Part shown: positions 36,603 through 48,229 of the stretch, in pieces
Layout of the letters: every line of letters starts with the position of its first letter
Numbering within the stretch: position 1 is the stretch's first letter
Assembly: GCA_963834305.1 (NCBI GenBank)
Contig: CAWIAX010000003.1
Span: forward strand, 1,024,661-1,088,660
Source of the DNA: an uncultured Acidobacteriota bacterium
GTDB taxonomy: Bacteria; Acidobacteriota; Vicinamibacteria; Vicinamibacterales; 2-12-FULL-66-21
DNA length: 64,000 bases
Reading direction: 5' to 3'
Made by a program: the position numbers and the translations under genes
Notes under the pieces: model-generated
Seen by the model: the letters and a program-made list of their open reading frames with translations, nothing else
Database searches by the model: none
Told to the model about the DNA's origin: nothing

Positions 36603-38678
36603 TCACTGCGTCTTCTTCGCTCCACCCGTGCGAAAGAGGCGCGGGGCGAAGTCGTAGAGACTCTTGCGCCAGACCTGCCATTCGTGTGAGCCCGCTGTTT
36701 CGAACCACACGTGCTTGACGCCATCTGCCTCGAGCGTGCGGTGCAGCGTTCTGCCGTTGGCGTAGCCGCTTTCGAGATCGCCGTACCCGATCCAGAACAG
36801 GTCGAACGTCTTGTTGAAGGCCGCCACGTCGGCCATCACGCCGCTGTAGGCGGTCTGCCGATCGAAAGGGGCTCCACCGCGGCCGCCGCCGCCCCCTCCG
36901 CTGAAGGCGCCGACCGCGGCAAAGACGTCCGGATTGCCGAACCCGATGCGGACGGCCTGGCCTGCCCCCATCGACAATCCGGCGATGGCGCGATTCCGGC
37001 GATCCGTGAGCGTGCGGTAGCCGGCGTCGATCGTCGGGATCAGATCGCGCAGCACGACGTCGCGGAAGGCATCCGGCCCGCCCGCGCCGCCGCCACCCTG
37101 GCCGGCTGGCACGGGAGGCTGACCCACCCGCGTGGCATACCCCTGATCCATGACGACCAGCATCGGCAGGGCTCTCTTCTCGGCGATCAGCGCGTCCATG
37201 ATGACGTTCACCTTGCCCTGCCACGTCCAGGACGTTTCGTTCTCGCCGGATCCGTGCTGCAGATACAGGACCGGGTAGCGCCGCGACGGATTCTGGTCGT
37301 AGCCGGGCGGCGTGTAGACGTAGGCGTTGCGGAACTGACCCGTCACCTTCGACAGGTAGGGGCGGATACGGACCTCGCCGTGCGGCACGTCCTTCGGACC
37401 GTAGAAGTCCAGGGTGTCGTCCGGGACTTCCAGCCCGCTGGTTGGACGCGCCCAGCCGAAGTAGGTCAGGCTCGCCGGGTCGTTCATGGCGTTGCCGTCG
37501 ACAACCAGCTCGTAGTAGTGGAAACCCGGACGGATGGGCCCGATCGTGGCTTCCCAGAGGCCCTCGCCCATCGCCTGCAACGCGTAGGTCCCGGTGCCCA
37601 TGCCGCTGTCGTTGCCGCGCGCGCGCACGGCGACGGTTTTCGCCTCGGGCAGGCGGGTCCGGAAGATGACGCGCCGATCGGGCAGGATCCGCGGGTACTC
37701 CCCGCCGCGCACGTTCGACGGCGCAGGTTTCCCAGGCGAAGCTTCCTGCGTGGAGCCGTGCAGCGCTGCCGCCACGATGCTGTCAGGCGCGTCGTCTGCC
37801 GCGAGGTCGCCCAGCGCGTACTGGATGCCCGCCAGCAGGTGCTGGAGCATCTGAGGGTTCGAGAACACCTCGGCCCCGTGTCCGAGGCCGCTGTAGAAGA
37901 CGCGGCCTTGGCCCTGTCGCCGAATCCAGCTCATTGGAAAGTCCAGATCCTGCTTGCGGACCGGCAGTATGCGCCGCGCCGGACCAGTCTTCCCGGCGTC
38001 GATCCTCAGCAGCACGTGCAGACGGTCGCGGAGCACCGGCTCCTGCAGCTGAAAGGCCTGGTCGGCAATCTGAAAGTCCTTGCCCCCGAACGCGGCGTTG
38101 ATCGGGTTGCCCGGATCTTCCACTTTCATCGTCATCACTTCGCCGTTCCAGGGGTGGCCGCCGTTCTCGGTGCCACCGAGCATCCGGCCGAACTCGGGCC
38201 ACTGGTCGTATCGCGGATGCTGCACGAAGGTCGCGATCGCATCGTGAATGCCGACGAATCCATTGCCGCTTTCGACGAAGCCGAGCAGGGACGCCCTCAG
38301 CTCCGGATCGTCGAACAGCACGCCGAGGGTGTTGTTGAAGCAGATGGCGTCGAACTGCTTGATGTTCGCCGGCCGGAACATCTCGATGTCGTCGCTGAAG
38401 ACGGCCTCATACGCGCCCGTCACCTTCCCCATCTGCTGGATGGCGTAGTTGCCAACCGGAATCGCGGCAGCGGAACTTCCCCGGACCGGCTTGCCGTCGC
38501 GCATCGACAGACTGGTGACGAGCATGCGCCGCGGCTGTTTGGGCCTGGCCTGCGCCTTGGACGGGATCGCGGCGTCTATGCGTGCCTGCTGTTCAGGCTG
38601 GATCTCCTGCCCCTGGAAGGATGCACAGGAGAGCACGACGACCAGGCAGATTCGTGTGATCAGAAATCGTTTGGGCAT
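36603..38678 (-). CDS. ThuA-like domain fused to an Ig-like domain plus alpha/beta esterase (Fes/CE1-like)
   Basis: ThuA GRVFYSGLGH; esterase VYTPPGY, YPVLYLQHG, AGLSMG, HEWQVWR. Confidence 0.88.
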   Translation of the reverse strand: MPKRFLITRICLVVVLSCASFQGQEIQPEQQARIDAAIPSKAQARPKQPRRMLVTSLSMRDGKPVRGSSAAAIPVGNYAIQQMGKVTGAYEAVFSDDIEMFRPANIKQFDAICFNNTLGVLFDDPELRASLLGFVESGNGFVGIHDAIATFVQHPRYDQWPEFGRMLGGTENGGHPWNGEVMTMKVEDPGNPINAAFGGKDFQIADQAFQLQEPVLRDRLHVLLRIDAGKTGPARRILPVRKQDLDFPMSWIRRQGQGRVFYSGLGHGAEVFSNPQMLQHLLAGIQYALGDLAADDAPDSIVAAALHGSTQEASPGKPAPSNVRGGEYPRILPDRRVIFRTRLPEAKTVAVRARGNDSGMGTGTYALQAMGEGLWEATIGPIRPGFHYYELVVDGNAMNDPASLTYFGWARPTSGLEVPDDTLDFYGPKDVPHGEVRIRPYLSKVTGQFRNAYVYTPPGYDQNPSRRYPVLYLQHGSGENETSWTWQGKVNVIMDALIAEKRALPMLVVMDQGYATRVGQPPVPAGQGGGGAGGPDAFRDVVLRDLIPTIDAGYRTLTDRRNRAIAGLSMGAGQAVRIGFGNPDVFAAVGAFSGGGGGGRGGAPFDRQTAYSGVMADVAAFNKTFDLFWIGYGDLESGYANGRTLHRTLEADGVKHVWFETAGSHEWQVWRKSLYDFAPRLFRTGGAKKTQ

Positions 38679-38747
38679 TGTTGTTCTCGCGGGCGGCCGG
38701 TCAGCGGCAAGGGGCGATCTTGCGGCGACAGGCGACCCCTGCTTCCG

Positions 38748-40517
38748 CTACTTCCGTTCCATCGCGAAGCCGAACGCGTAGACCGTGCCGTCACGGGTGC
38801 CGACGAACACGTGGCCGGAGCCGACCCAGAAGCTCCGGCCCGACAGCGGCGACGCGATCGTCGCGTCGCTCTGCCACAGCGTCTTCCCGGTCGCACCGCT
38901 CAGCGCGTAGAGTCCGGCCGGCGCGTTCGACGGACCGGACGCCGCGAACGCGACGCCGTTGACGACGATCGGCGTCAGCGGCGCGGCGATGTTCTGCGAC
39001 GTCCAGTCCGGGTGGACGGAGAACCGGCCGTCCAGGTACGCGATCCTGACGCCGAGGATGGCGCCGTTCGACACGGGGCCATTCCCGGCTCCTCCCGGGC
39101 TCGCCGGCAGCGGGCCCGCGACCGGGATGAGCAGCCAGCGTCGGCCGTCGGCGGCCGCGGTGCGCCGCAGGCGGTCGCGGCGGCGGGGACCGTGCGCGCT
39201 CCTGCCACATCGCTGGTGATTGCGCGGCGAACGTAGCGGCCCCGCCGGTCAGCGACGCCGACGCGAACAGCGGCGTGTCGTGGGTGGCGCCGCCGAGTGA
39301 GCCGGCGTCGAGCAGCAGGACGCGCCCGTCCCGGGTCGTGACGGCGACGATGTCCTTGCCAGCCTCCTGGAACAGCACGGGTGGAGCGGCGATCTCGACG
39401 CCCGGCTGCCTGAACCAGTCGGTGAGGGCGAGCGTTGTCGGATCGAGGGCAACCACCGCGTTCGCGTAGCCGCCGGCCGTGACGGTGCCGGGGCCGATCG
39501 CCACGATGGCGGTGCCGTTGGTGGCGAAGGCGACGGACCCGATGGGAGAACCGCCGTTGGTCTTCCACGAGACAACCGGCTTCGCGTCGCTCGCGATGTC
39601 GATCGCCCAGAGGCCGTCGGCGGCGCCGCCGCACCCGCCGCTCGTGGCGGCGTAGACCCTGTCGTTGACCGCGATCAGATCGGAGAAGCGGGCGCCGGCC
39701 GGGACGAACGGTACCGGCCGCTGCACGTCCTTGCCCGACACCACGCCGAGCGTCCGGAACATGCCGTCGGCGCTTACCGCATAGACGACGCCGGACGGGA
39801 CGAAACAGCCCGCCCCAGGATCCCTGGGCGGCGGCATTCGTCGGGAATGGTGACGGACGCCATTGACCTGGCGGGATCGCTGGCGCTGCCGGCGGAGGGG
39901 CTGGCGCGGGCGCTGGAGCCGCAGCCGGCGTCGCCGGTGGTGTCGCCAGAGGCGCGGGCGCGCCCCGCCCGCCGCCGCCGCGGCTGGGAATGGGTGCGCC
40001 TGCACCGGGCTCCCCGACCGCGCTGCTGTAGGACCCTCGTCCTCGTCCGCCACCCCGGCCCGCTCCGGGAGGCGGCATCGCCAGGTGCACCATCTGCGTC
40101 AGCGTGCCGGTGATTCCCCCCGGACACGCCGCAGTCCCCGCCGCCAGCGTGCCGTCGAAATGACGCGTCCAGAACAGGTTGCCGGTGTCGTTGTCGACGG
40201 CGAAGATCCGGTTGGACGGCGCGGCGATGGTGGAGAGCGGCGTGAAGATGTTCACACCCGACGTCACCACCCCTGCTGCCAGCGCGGCACCGTGCCGCAC
40301 CGGACTCTCGAGCGTCGTCTGTCCACTGCAGCGCGAATCCCGGCTGGCTCATCGTCTCGGGCGAGATGTTCACGTCGGTGCGGAGCCACGACGTGTGCTG
40401 CGCATCGCCGTACGCAGTCGGCCACTCGTTCGGGTTGCCGCGTCCCTGGCTCGACACGAGGCCGGCTGCGGCGATGGTGGCGGCCAGCGCGAAGGATTTG
40501 GTGTGGCGAGGCCTCAT
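38748..40517 (-). CDS. PQQ-like beta-propeller protein 2, frameshifted
   Basis: WPTAYGDAQHTSW, FAVDNDTG..W, YALSGATGKTLW, GTRDGTVYAFG. Confidence 0.78.
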
Positions 40518-40525
40518 CGCGCGGC

Positions 40526-42135
40526 TCACTTTCCGGCCGCCGCCGGCACGCCGAAGCTGTACATCGTGCCGTCGAACGTTCCCAGGTAGGCGCGCCCGTT
40601 GGCGACGGTCAAGCCGCTCCAATGGTTCCAGGACGTAATCTGCTTGCCGCTGGACCACAGCTCCTTGCCGGTCTGACCGTCGAGCGCGTAGATGGTCGCG
40701 TGCCGCGAGCTCGGGATGCGACGCTCGGAGTACGGATTGAGGCCGCCGCCGACCCACGGACCATCCGGCTCGTTCCAGGCGAGGTCGGGCAGCGTTTGCG
40801 TCGTGTCTTCTCCCGACCCGTAGGCGAACACCACGCCGTTGGCCACCATGACCTCTTCAGCCATGTCCATGTCGCGCGAGAGCCACGCCGGATTCAGCCG
40901 CCATTCGCCCGGGCTGGCCTCCTCCAGCCGGTAGGCCGCGACGCCGCCCATCCGGGGCCGGCCGTACTCAATCGGCGCGCGAAAGGTGCGGCTCACGGGT
41001 CCCCAGAACGGGACGAGCACCCACTGCACGCCGCGCGAATCCTGCCACGCCGCCATGGCGCCCCAGACGCCCTTGGCGTCGAAGGCCTGATCGTCATTGC
41101 ACAGCAGCGGTGTCGTGTGGAGCGGTGGTGCGATGATCCTCGCCGCCGAGCGCCTCGCGATCGAGCAGCCAGACGCGGCATTCCTTGCTCGTGCCGACGA
41201 GGAACTTGCGTCCCCGGTAGTCGAACGCCATCGGCGTGACGTTCATGTCCAGATCGCGCGCGCGCATCCAGTTGGCGTTCTTCGGCGCGAAGTAGTCGAC
41301 GAGCTGCAGCTGCTGGGTGTCGTCGAGCCTGGCGCCGACGATGGCGTTGCCGAGGCTCCCGGTCTGCGGGCTGAACATCGCATCGCCGGTCACCATGTAG
41401 ACGACGCCTTCGGGCGACACGGCGGCGCCCCGCCGGCCCCACATGCCCCCGCCCGCCGGGATGAAGACGCTCGCCTTGCGGGTCGCCAGGTGGTACGAGT
41501 AGAGCGCGTTCGGAATGCCGCCGCAGCCCTGCGCCGTGGCCGTATAGACAACGCCATTGACGACGTTGAGGGCGTAGGGCTTGCCGTTGGGCGGCAGGAA
41601 CTTGTCGGGAGGGGCGATATCCGACCCGTCGGCCGCGTTGAGCTGGTGCAGCCGTCCGTCCCATGCGACCGCGTAGATCGTGTACTTGCCTGGTGAGACC
41701 TGCGCCATCGCCGGCATCGCCGTCTGGCCGCCGAGGCAGAGCGTGTGGTAGACGGTCTTGTCGGTCGGCGCGAACGTGCTCTCGTATCGTCTTCTTCCAG
41801 AGCAGCTCGCCGCTGGCGACGTCGATGCCGAACAGGTCGTCGGAGATGCCGGCGACGATCGCGACCTCCCTCGTCCCTCGCGCCGTCGTCACGCGTTCAG
41901 CAATCAGCGGCGAAAAGAGGTTGTGCATCTCGCGCGGCTGGCTCTCGAGCTTGACCTTCCACAGCAGTGTCATGTCCCTGACGTTGGCCAGGGTGAAGAC
42001 CTTCTCGTCCTTCATCCAGCCGGTACGGCCAGGATCGTTGCCTTCGGTCAGGTAGTCGGATGCGGCGAGCGGGGTCAGGGCGGCGAGTGTCGCCAGCCCC
42101 AGAAGGAGACGGGGGAGGGGGTGCAGGAGGTTCAC
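40526..42135 (-). CDS. PQQ-like beta-propeller protein 1, frameshifted
   Basis: Signal peptide; [42 protein letters not shown]. Confidence 0.82.
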
Positions 42136-42161
42136 GGAGTTCAGGAACGCTGGCGATTCGA

Positions 42162-42188
42162 GGTTCAGGGGGGCGCCCCCCCTGAACC
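42162..42188. terminator. 12-bp hairpin just downstream of the TonB receptor (attenuator or mRNA stabiliser)
   Basis: GGTTCAGGGGGG-CGC-CCCCCCTGAACC. Confidence 0.55.
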
Positions 42189-42202
42189 CCTTGAACGCCT
42201 GG

Positions 42203-45200
42203 CTAGAACGTCAGCCGGACCCCGAGCTGGACCACGCGGTTCGAATTGGCGCGGACGCCGCTGATCGACCCGAACGCGGGATTCGTCTGCTCGCCGGTCG
42301 CGAAGTTGAACGTCGGCTGCGTGTTCACGTTGAGGTACTGCGTGGTGTTGAACACGTTGTAGAACTCGGCCCGGACCTGGACGTTGCGGCCGTTGCCGAG
42401 GCCGAAGTTCTTCATCAGCGTCATGTCGTGGTTGATGTAGCCGAGGCCGAGGCGGGCGTCTTCCTGCCCCTTGCCAAGGCCAGTGCCCTGATAGAGCGTG
42501 TCGGCCGCATCGGTCTGCGGGCCAGGCGGCCTGACGCACTCGGTGCGGTACTGGCGCTCGAACGTGCGCTCGCTGCGCGGCAGGTTCGGGTCGCAGACGA
42601 TGATCGGGCGCATGCCGCCGAGGCCGCCGGTCAGGGTGTTGGCGCTCGGTGAGCCGGTGAAGCACAGTCCGTTGGCGCACGAGAAGTTCGACCAGGCCCC
42701 GCCGAGCATCGTGGTGATGCCCGACAACTGCCAGCCGTCGAGGACGCCCTTGACCAGGACGTTGTTGCCGAGGAACCGGCTCACGCCCGGGAGCATCACG
42801 TTGTAGGTGAACTTCGCGTTGTGCGGCCGGCTGCCGTTCTGGTGCGTGTTCCGCCTCTCGTTGTCGGCGGCCGTGCGGAACCAGTCGTAGCCGGTGTACT
42901 GCGTCGTCACCGACCCCGTGTAGTTCGCCGCCCAGGCGAACCCGTTCGCCAGGCGCCGGCGGACCTCGAACTGGATGGCGTGATAGTCGCGATACAGCTC
43001 ATCGAGGAAGACGCGCTGGGTGATGCCGGCGCGGCCCGGGTAGGTGGGCCGGATGAAGTTGGTCGGCAGCACGTTGCCCGTCGTCCGATCGATCATCGCC
43101 GGCGTTGGATTGGCCACCAGCTGTGGATCGGGGTCGTTGAGCTGATCGGTGTAGGACTGGCCGGCATTGACCGCGAAGGCGTTGCGCACGGTGTTGCCGA
43201 CGTAGGCGACGTCGGCGAGCAGGCGCCACGGCAGCTCGCGCTGCACGCCGACGCTCCAGGAGTGCACGGTGATCGGCCTGGTCTCTTCCTGGACCATGGT
43301 CCCGCCCAGCGGGTTCTGGAGCGACGGGATGTTGAAGCGGTCGTCGATCGTCGTCCATTGCAGGTTGACCGTCTGGTTGGTCACGCCGGTGAACCCGCCG
43401 TACTGGCCGTCGCCGAGGCGGTTGTAGCTGGTGCCGAAGCCGCCGCGGACCGCCGTCTTGCCGTCGCCGAAGACGTCCCAGCCGAACCCGAGGCGCGGGG
43501 CCGTCCGGATGCCGGCGCTCGGGAACGTATCCGGCAGCTCCTTGCCGAAGACGGTGCCGTTGTTGATGTCGCCCGATCCGGCGATGACCGCGCCGATCCA
43601 CGGGCTGGGCCGCGTTTCGCCGGTGGCGGGATTGCGCGCCACGCGATTCGCGCCGGTGCACGGGAACACGCCGTTGGCGCAGTGCGGCTGCCACAGCTCC
43701 ATCGCGTCCGCGGCGTTCCATGCCGACGGATCGAACCAGCCGATGTCCCGATTCCGGTCGCGGACGACCCCGATGTGCGAGAAGCGCACGCCGAGGTCGA
43801 GGGTGAGGTTCCGCCGCACGCGCCAGTTGTCCTGGACGAAGAATTCCGGCTGGTTGAACACCGGCATGGACCGCTGGTTGTTGTTTCCTTCGGTATAGGT
43901 GTTGAGGTGGCCGAGCAGCGCATTGGCCCAGCCGAGGTTGGTGTCGAGCGGATTGGCGGCGTCGGCGTTGAAGTTGTAGGTGCCGGCGTTGCTCGAGAGC
44001 GGGCCGGGCCGTCCGGTGCGCTCGTAGAAGAACCCGGCCTTGAGGTTGTGCTTGCCGCGCAGGTGCGTCAGGTTCACCGAGAAGTTGTGCGTGTCGTTCG
44101 TCGCCAGCCAGGGGAAGCTCTGGCCCTGGCCGATGTTGATCGCCCGGGTGTTGGGCAGGGCATTGGCGCCGGCGAACGTCATGTCCGGCAGGATGTGGTT
44201 CGAATTGTTCTCCTGGAAGTACTGCCGGTGTCCGGGGAGGTGCTTGCGGTAGTCGAGGGCATCCCAGTCGGACTGCTCCAGCGGATAGACGTCCTGCTCG
44301 GCCCAGTTGCTGCCGCCGATGATCTCGAGCACGGTCGAGCTGGAGAAGGTGTGCGTGAGGTTGGCGACATATCCCGCGGTGTTGATGTCGTAGCTGCCGT
44401 TGGACCACGGGAACCCCATGCCGGCGCCGGCGATCAGGGCGGGCGCGCTGGCGTTGTACTGGCCGCGGCCGAAGACTTCCGTGCCCTTCTGCACGCGGGT
44501 GTAGAAGGTCGTGCCGGGGCGGACGTTCCAGTCGAGCGCGCACGACGTTGTCGCGGCGCAGCTTCTCGGTGTCGCCGGCGAACTGATAGTTGTAGTTTCC
44601 CTGCGTCACCGGGTTGCCGACCAGCGCCGGATCCGGCAGCGGGAAGAGGTTCAGGATCTGCCGGCCCATCGGGCTGGATCATGTTCTGCGGGATGACGTT
44701 GCCGGCGAAGCAGCCGGCGCCGCCGCTGTTCACGTTGCAGGGCAGCGAGCTGAACGGGTTGCGGATGTAGCGCAGGACGCCGGCGTTGTTTCTCGTCTGC
44801 GAGAAATCACCGTTGCGCTCGAGCGCCGACGGCATCGTGCTGCTCACCAGGAAGGGATCGGTGCGCGGCAGCAGGTCCAGCGAATAGAAGAAGAACAGCT
44901 TGTCGCGCTTCTCGTTGAACGCCGTGCCCGGGATCAGCACCGGGCCGCCCAGGGTGAACGCCGCGTTGTCGTAGCGGTAGCGCGGCTTCGCGCACAACGG
45001 CGAGGTGCCGCCGGTCGCGTCGCAGGTGCGGCGGCGGTCCCAGTCGTTGGTGTTGAGGCCTTCGTGACGCTTGAAGTAGGCCGCCGATCCGCTGAAGCGG
45101 GAGCTGCCGCTCTTGGTCACGACGATGATGTTGGCGCCGCCGGCGCGGCCGTATTCGGCCTGGTAGTTCGAGGTCTGAATCTTCACTTCCGCGATCGAAT

Positions 45201-45852
45201 CGAGCGACGGGGTGACGTAGTTGGCGGCGCCGAATCCGGTGTCCTTGCTCGACACGCCGTCGTACGACATCCCCATGAACTGGTCGCGCAAGCCGTTGAT
45301 TTCCGTCCCCAGGAAGGCGTTCCAGCCGGGCGCATTGCGCACGTTGGTGTCGACCACCCCGGGCAGCCCCTGCAGCAGCCCCAGGAAGTCGCGGCCACGC
45401 AGCTGCGTGTCCTTGATTTCGTCGGCCCGGATGGTGCCGGATCGCTCGCCGCTCTGCGCCTGGGCGTGCAGCGCCGAGGCCTCGACGGTCACGACCTCCT
45501 CGAGGCCACCGACTTCGAGGGTGATCGGGGGCACCGCGAGCCGTTCCGTCGCGCTCAGCACGAGGCCCTTCTGTTCGTAGGTCCGGAACCCGGCCAGCGT
45601 GACGCGCAGGTCATACGTGCCGGCAAACAGATTGGTGAAGACGAACAGCCCTTCGCTGTCCGTCACGACATCCCGGGTCGCCGCGGTCGCGGTATTGCGC
45701 ACCGTCACCGTCGCGCCCGGCACCGCGCCCTTGCTGCTGTCGACGACCGAGCCGCCAATTTGACCGCTCAGTCCCTGGGCGTGCACGAGGCCCGGCGTCC
45801 ATGCCGCCAGGGCCAAGGTCAGGAAAGCGAGGACACCTCTGAAACGTTTCAC
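42203..45852 (-). CDS. Oar-type TonB-dependent receptor, frameshifted near 44540 and 44670
   Basis: GSVVDSSKGAVPGATVTV, YQAEYGR, VTKSG, QDNWRV, APRLGFGWD, QLGVRLTF*. Confidence 0.93.
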
Positions 45853-45949
45853 CTTTCCTCCTCAGCGAAATCACTCAGTCAGGTTGCACGGAGTTCACGC
45901 GCCAACGATGTGCGTCCGACCGCACGCGTTGCGGGACTGCATGGGTATC

Positions 45950-46852
45950 TCAGCTTTCGTCGGACGTTGTCAACAGAAAACTTGCGTCATACGAAAGTGG
46001 ACTGTCAGCCGCCGGCGCCTCGAGCAGCGCGTTGATGTGTCGGGCGGTGTCACAGACGTGCTGCGCCAGAACCGAGCGGCGGGGTTCGACCATGCGGGTG
46101 ACCGGCGCGGAGACGCCGATCGAGCCGATTACGAGGCCGCCCCGATCGCGGATTGGCGCGGCCACGCACGCGACGTCGTCCAGGTACTCGCGGTCGTCCA
46201 TGGAAAACCCCCGGGCGCGCACGCCGCTGCACGCCTTGGCGAGATCCGGGAGCGAGACGCACGTGCGCGGGGTATACCGCTCGAGCGACGTGGCGCCGTA
46301 GAGGGCTTTCAGTTCCGCGAGTCCGAAGTCGGCGAGCAGCGACTTGCCGTGCGCGGTGCAGTGCAAGGGCATCCGCTTGCCGGTTTGTCCGGGGACGATG
46401 ACGCCCTGGTCGCCGGAGGCGTGGTGATCGATGAAAAAGACCTCGCGTCCGTCGCGAACGGCGAGATGCGCGGTTTCTCCCGTGCGGGTCGCCAGGGTCT
46501 TGACGCCGTCACGGCAGACGCTGATCAGCATGCCGCTCCAGTCGTAGCCCCGCGACAGCCGCCAGATGGCGGGTCCGAGCACATAGTGCTTCCGCCCATT
46601 CGGGTTGGCGAGGAACCCCCGGCGCTTCAGCGTGTTGGCCAGGCGAAAGACGCTGCTCGGATCGATGCCGAGAATCTCGGTCAGCCGGGCCAGCGGCACG
46701 GGATCCGCCGACGCCGCGACCGTTTCCAGGAGCGAGAGCGCGCGTTCCACACTCTGCACCAGCGGCGTTTCCACCGCCCCTTTCCTGACCCTGGCGCGCT
46801 TGTCCCCCTCAGCAACACTCTGATGGCCACTGGCCACTGTTCTTCTCCCCAT
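45950..46852 (-). CDS. IclR family transcriptional regulator
   Basis: VQSVERALSLL, SSVFRLANTL, GETAHL, LHCTAHGK, CVAAPI; true stop may be near 46005. Confidence 0.93.
   Translation of the reverse strand: MGRRTVASGHQSVAEGDKRARVRKGAVETPLVQSVERALSLLETVAASADPVPLARLTEILGIDPSSVFRLANTLKRRGFLANPNGRKHYVLGPAIWRLSRGYDWSGMLISVCRDGVKTLATRTGETAHLAVRDGREVFFIDHHASGDQGVIVPGQTGKRMPLHCTAHGKSLLADFGLAELKALYGATSLERYTPRTCVSLPDLAKACSGVRARGFSMDDREYLDDVACVAAPIRDRGGLVIGSIGVSAPVTRMVEPRRSVLAQHVCDTARHINALLEAPAADSPLSYDASFLLTTSDES
45982..45996. promoter_or_regulatory. IclR-type operator, site 1
   Basis: TTGCGTCATACGAAA, next to a minus-strand TTGACA (45968-45973) upstream of the receptor. Confidence 0.6.
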
Positions 46853-46945
46853 GTCGTTCCGCCCCGCTTTCCGCCGTTGCACGCCCGCGCGCATCCGGCG
46901 TGCGCCCTCGCTCGTGACCCGTTGACCCCGCTCTGTGATCGACGC

Positions 46946-48229
46946 TCATTTCCGCTGCAGGCCGTGCAGCGCGTACCGCGCCATCGCCTCGGTGTCCTTG
47001 TGCTTCAGCATCGCGGTGAGGACCGCTTCGGCACGGGATGAGCCGAAGATTGCCAGCTGCCGGCAGATGGCATCCTTGGCGCCGAGCGGGGCCTGGCTTT
47101 GCAGCACCCGCAGCATCTTCTGCTCGGCATCAGCCGCGCCTGCCGTCGTTGCGGCGGCGAGGCTGACCTCGCGTTCGAACCGCCGGATCCGGGCGCGATC
47201 CTGCCCGAAGTCGTAGCCGGTCATCGCCGCCAGCGCCATGTCGAACGGGGCGCTCCCGCGCGGATGCGGCGTCGCGTCCGCCTCGAGATCGCCGAGCGCG
47301 TACTGGATGCCGGCGAGGAACATCGCCAGCATCCGCGGGTCCCAGAACGGGTCAGGGTTGTGTCCGATGCTCGTATAGAAGACCCGCGCCTTGCCGTGCT
47401 GGCGAATCCAGGCGACGGGATAGTCGTTGTCGTCGCGCAGGCACTGGCCGTAGCATCGCCCCTGCATCATGTCCGTCGCGATCGGATCGATGCTGAGGAG
47501 CACGCGCACGTTGTCTCGTGAGTACGGCGCGGCGAGACGGTAGAACTCATCGACGTAGTCGAACGGCTTGCCGTCGAAGGCGCGTGTGATGGGATGCGTC
47601 GGGTCCTCGACGATCAGCGTGGCCTTCTCCGTCGGTTCGCGATGGGAGGCGCCGGTCGCGCCGAGGATGGCGCCGAACTCGGTCCATTGCGGCGACGCGA
47701 CGCTGGCGCCGTGGTTGCCGACCAGGCCGCCGCCGCGGGCGACGAACGCGGCGAACGCGGCGCGCATCTCCGGCGTGTCGAAGATGTCGCCGACGGTGTT
47801 GTTCAGGTAGACCGCGTCGTATTGCTGCAGGTTGGCCGCGGAGATGGCGCCGGGTTCGCTCGACAGCGTGGCGGTAAAGGCCCCGGTTTTCTCCCCCATC
47901 AGCTGCACCGCGAGATTGGCGTGCGGGATCGAGGGGTGACCGCCGTACTGCTTGCCGTTGTAAATCCCCTGCCGATCGAAGACGAGGAGCCTGCGCGGCT
48001 TCTTCGGAGCCGCAGGCGCCGTCGCGGGCAGGGCGGCCTCGATCTTCGCGCGTTCCTCGGGCGGCACCTCGCGCCGCCGGCGTGGCTCCTGCGCCTGGCC
48101 CGCCGCCGCCGGCGCCGGTGGCTGGGCGGCCGGCGCTGGCGTCTGCGCCGCCGTTGCGCGCTCGTGGGGACCGGCCGCCGAGAGGATCACCGCAGCAGCG
48201 GTGGTGAGAGCCAACACGGAGAGTCTCAT
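46946..48229 (-). CDS. ThuA-like domain protein with C-terminal HEAT-like module
   Basis: Signal peptide; DEFY, ARVFYTSIGH; tail AICRQLAIFGS..MARYAL. Confidence 0.85.
   Translation of the reverse strand: MRLSVLALTTAAAVILSAAGPHERATAAQTPAPAAQPPAPAAAGQAQEPRRRREVPPEERAKIEAALPATAPAAPKKPRRLLVFDRQGIYNGKQYGGHPSIPHANLAVQLMGEKTGAFTATLSSEPGAISAANLQQYDAVYLNNTVGDIFDTPEMRAAFAAFVARGGGLVGNHGASVASPQWTEFGAILGATGASHREPTEKATLIVEDPTHPITRAFDGKPFDYVDEFYRLAAPYSRDNVRVLLSIDPIATDMMQGRCYGQCLRDDNDYPVAWIRQHGKARVFYTSIGHNPDPFWDPRMLAMFLAGIQYALGDLEADATPHPRGSAPFDMALAAMTGYDFGQDRARIRRFEREVSLAAATTAGAADAEQKMLRVLQSQAPLGAKDAICRQLAIFGSSRAEAVLTAMLKHKDTEAMARYALHGLQRK

Noticed and set aside
38880..38910. SGAT in the PQQ-like protein (and TGAS in the ThuA-HEAT protein) as ApbE sites
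   Set aside because: No upstream Asp; YALSGATGKTLW is the ordinary propeller repeat.
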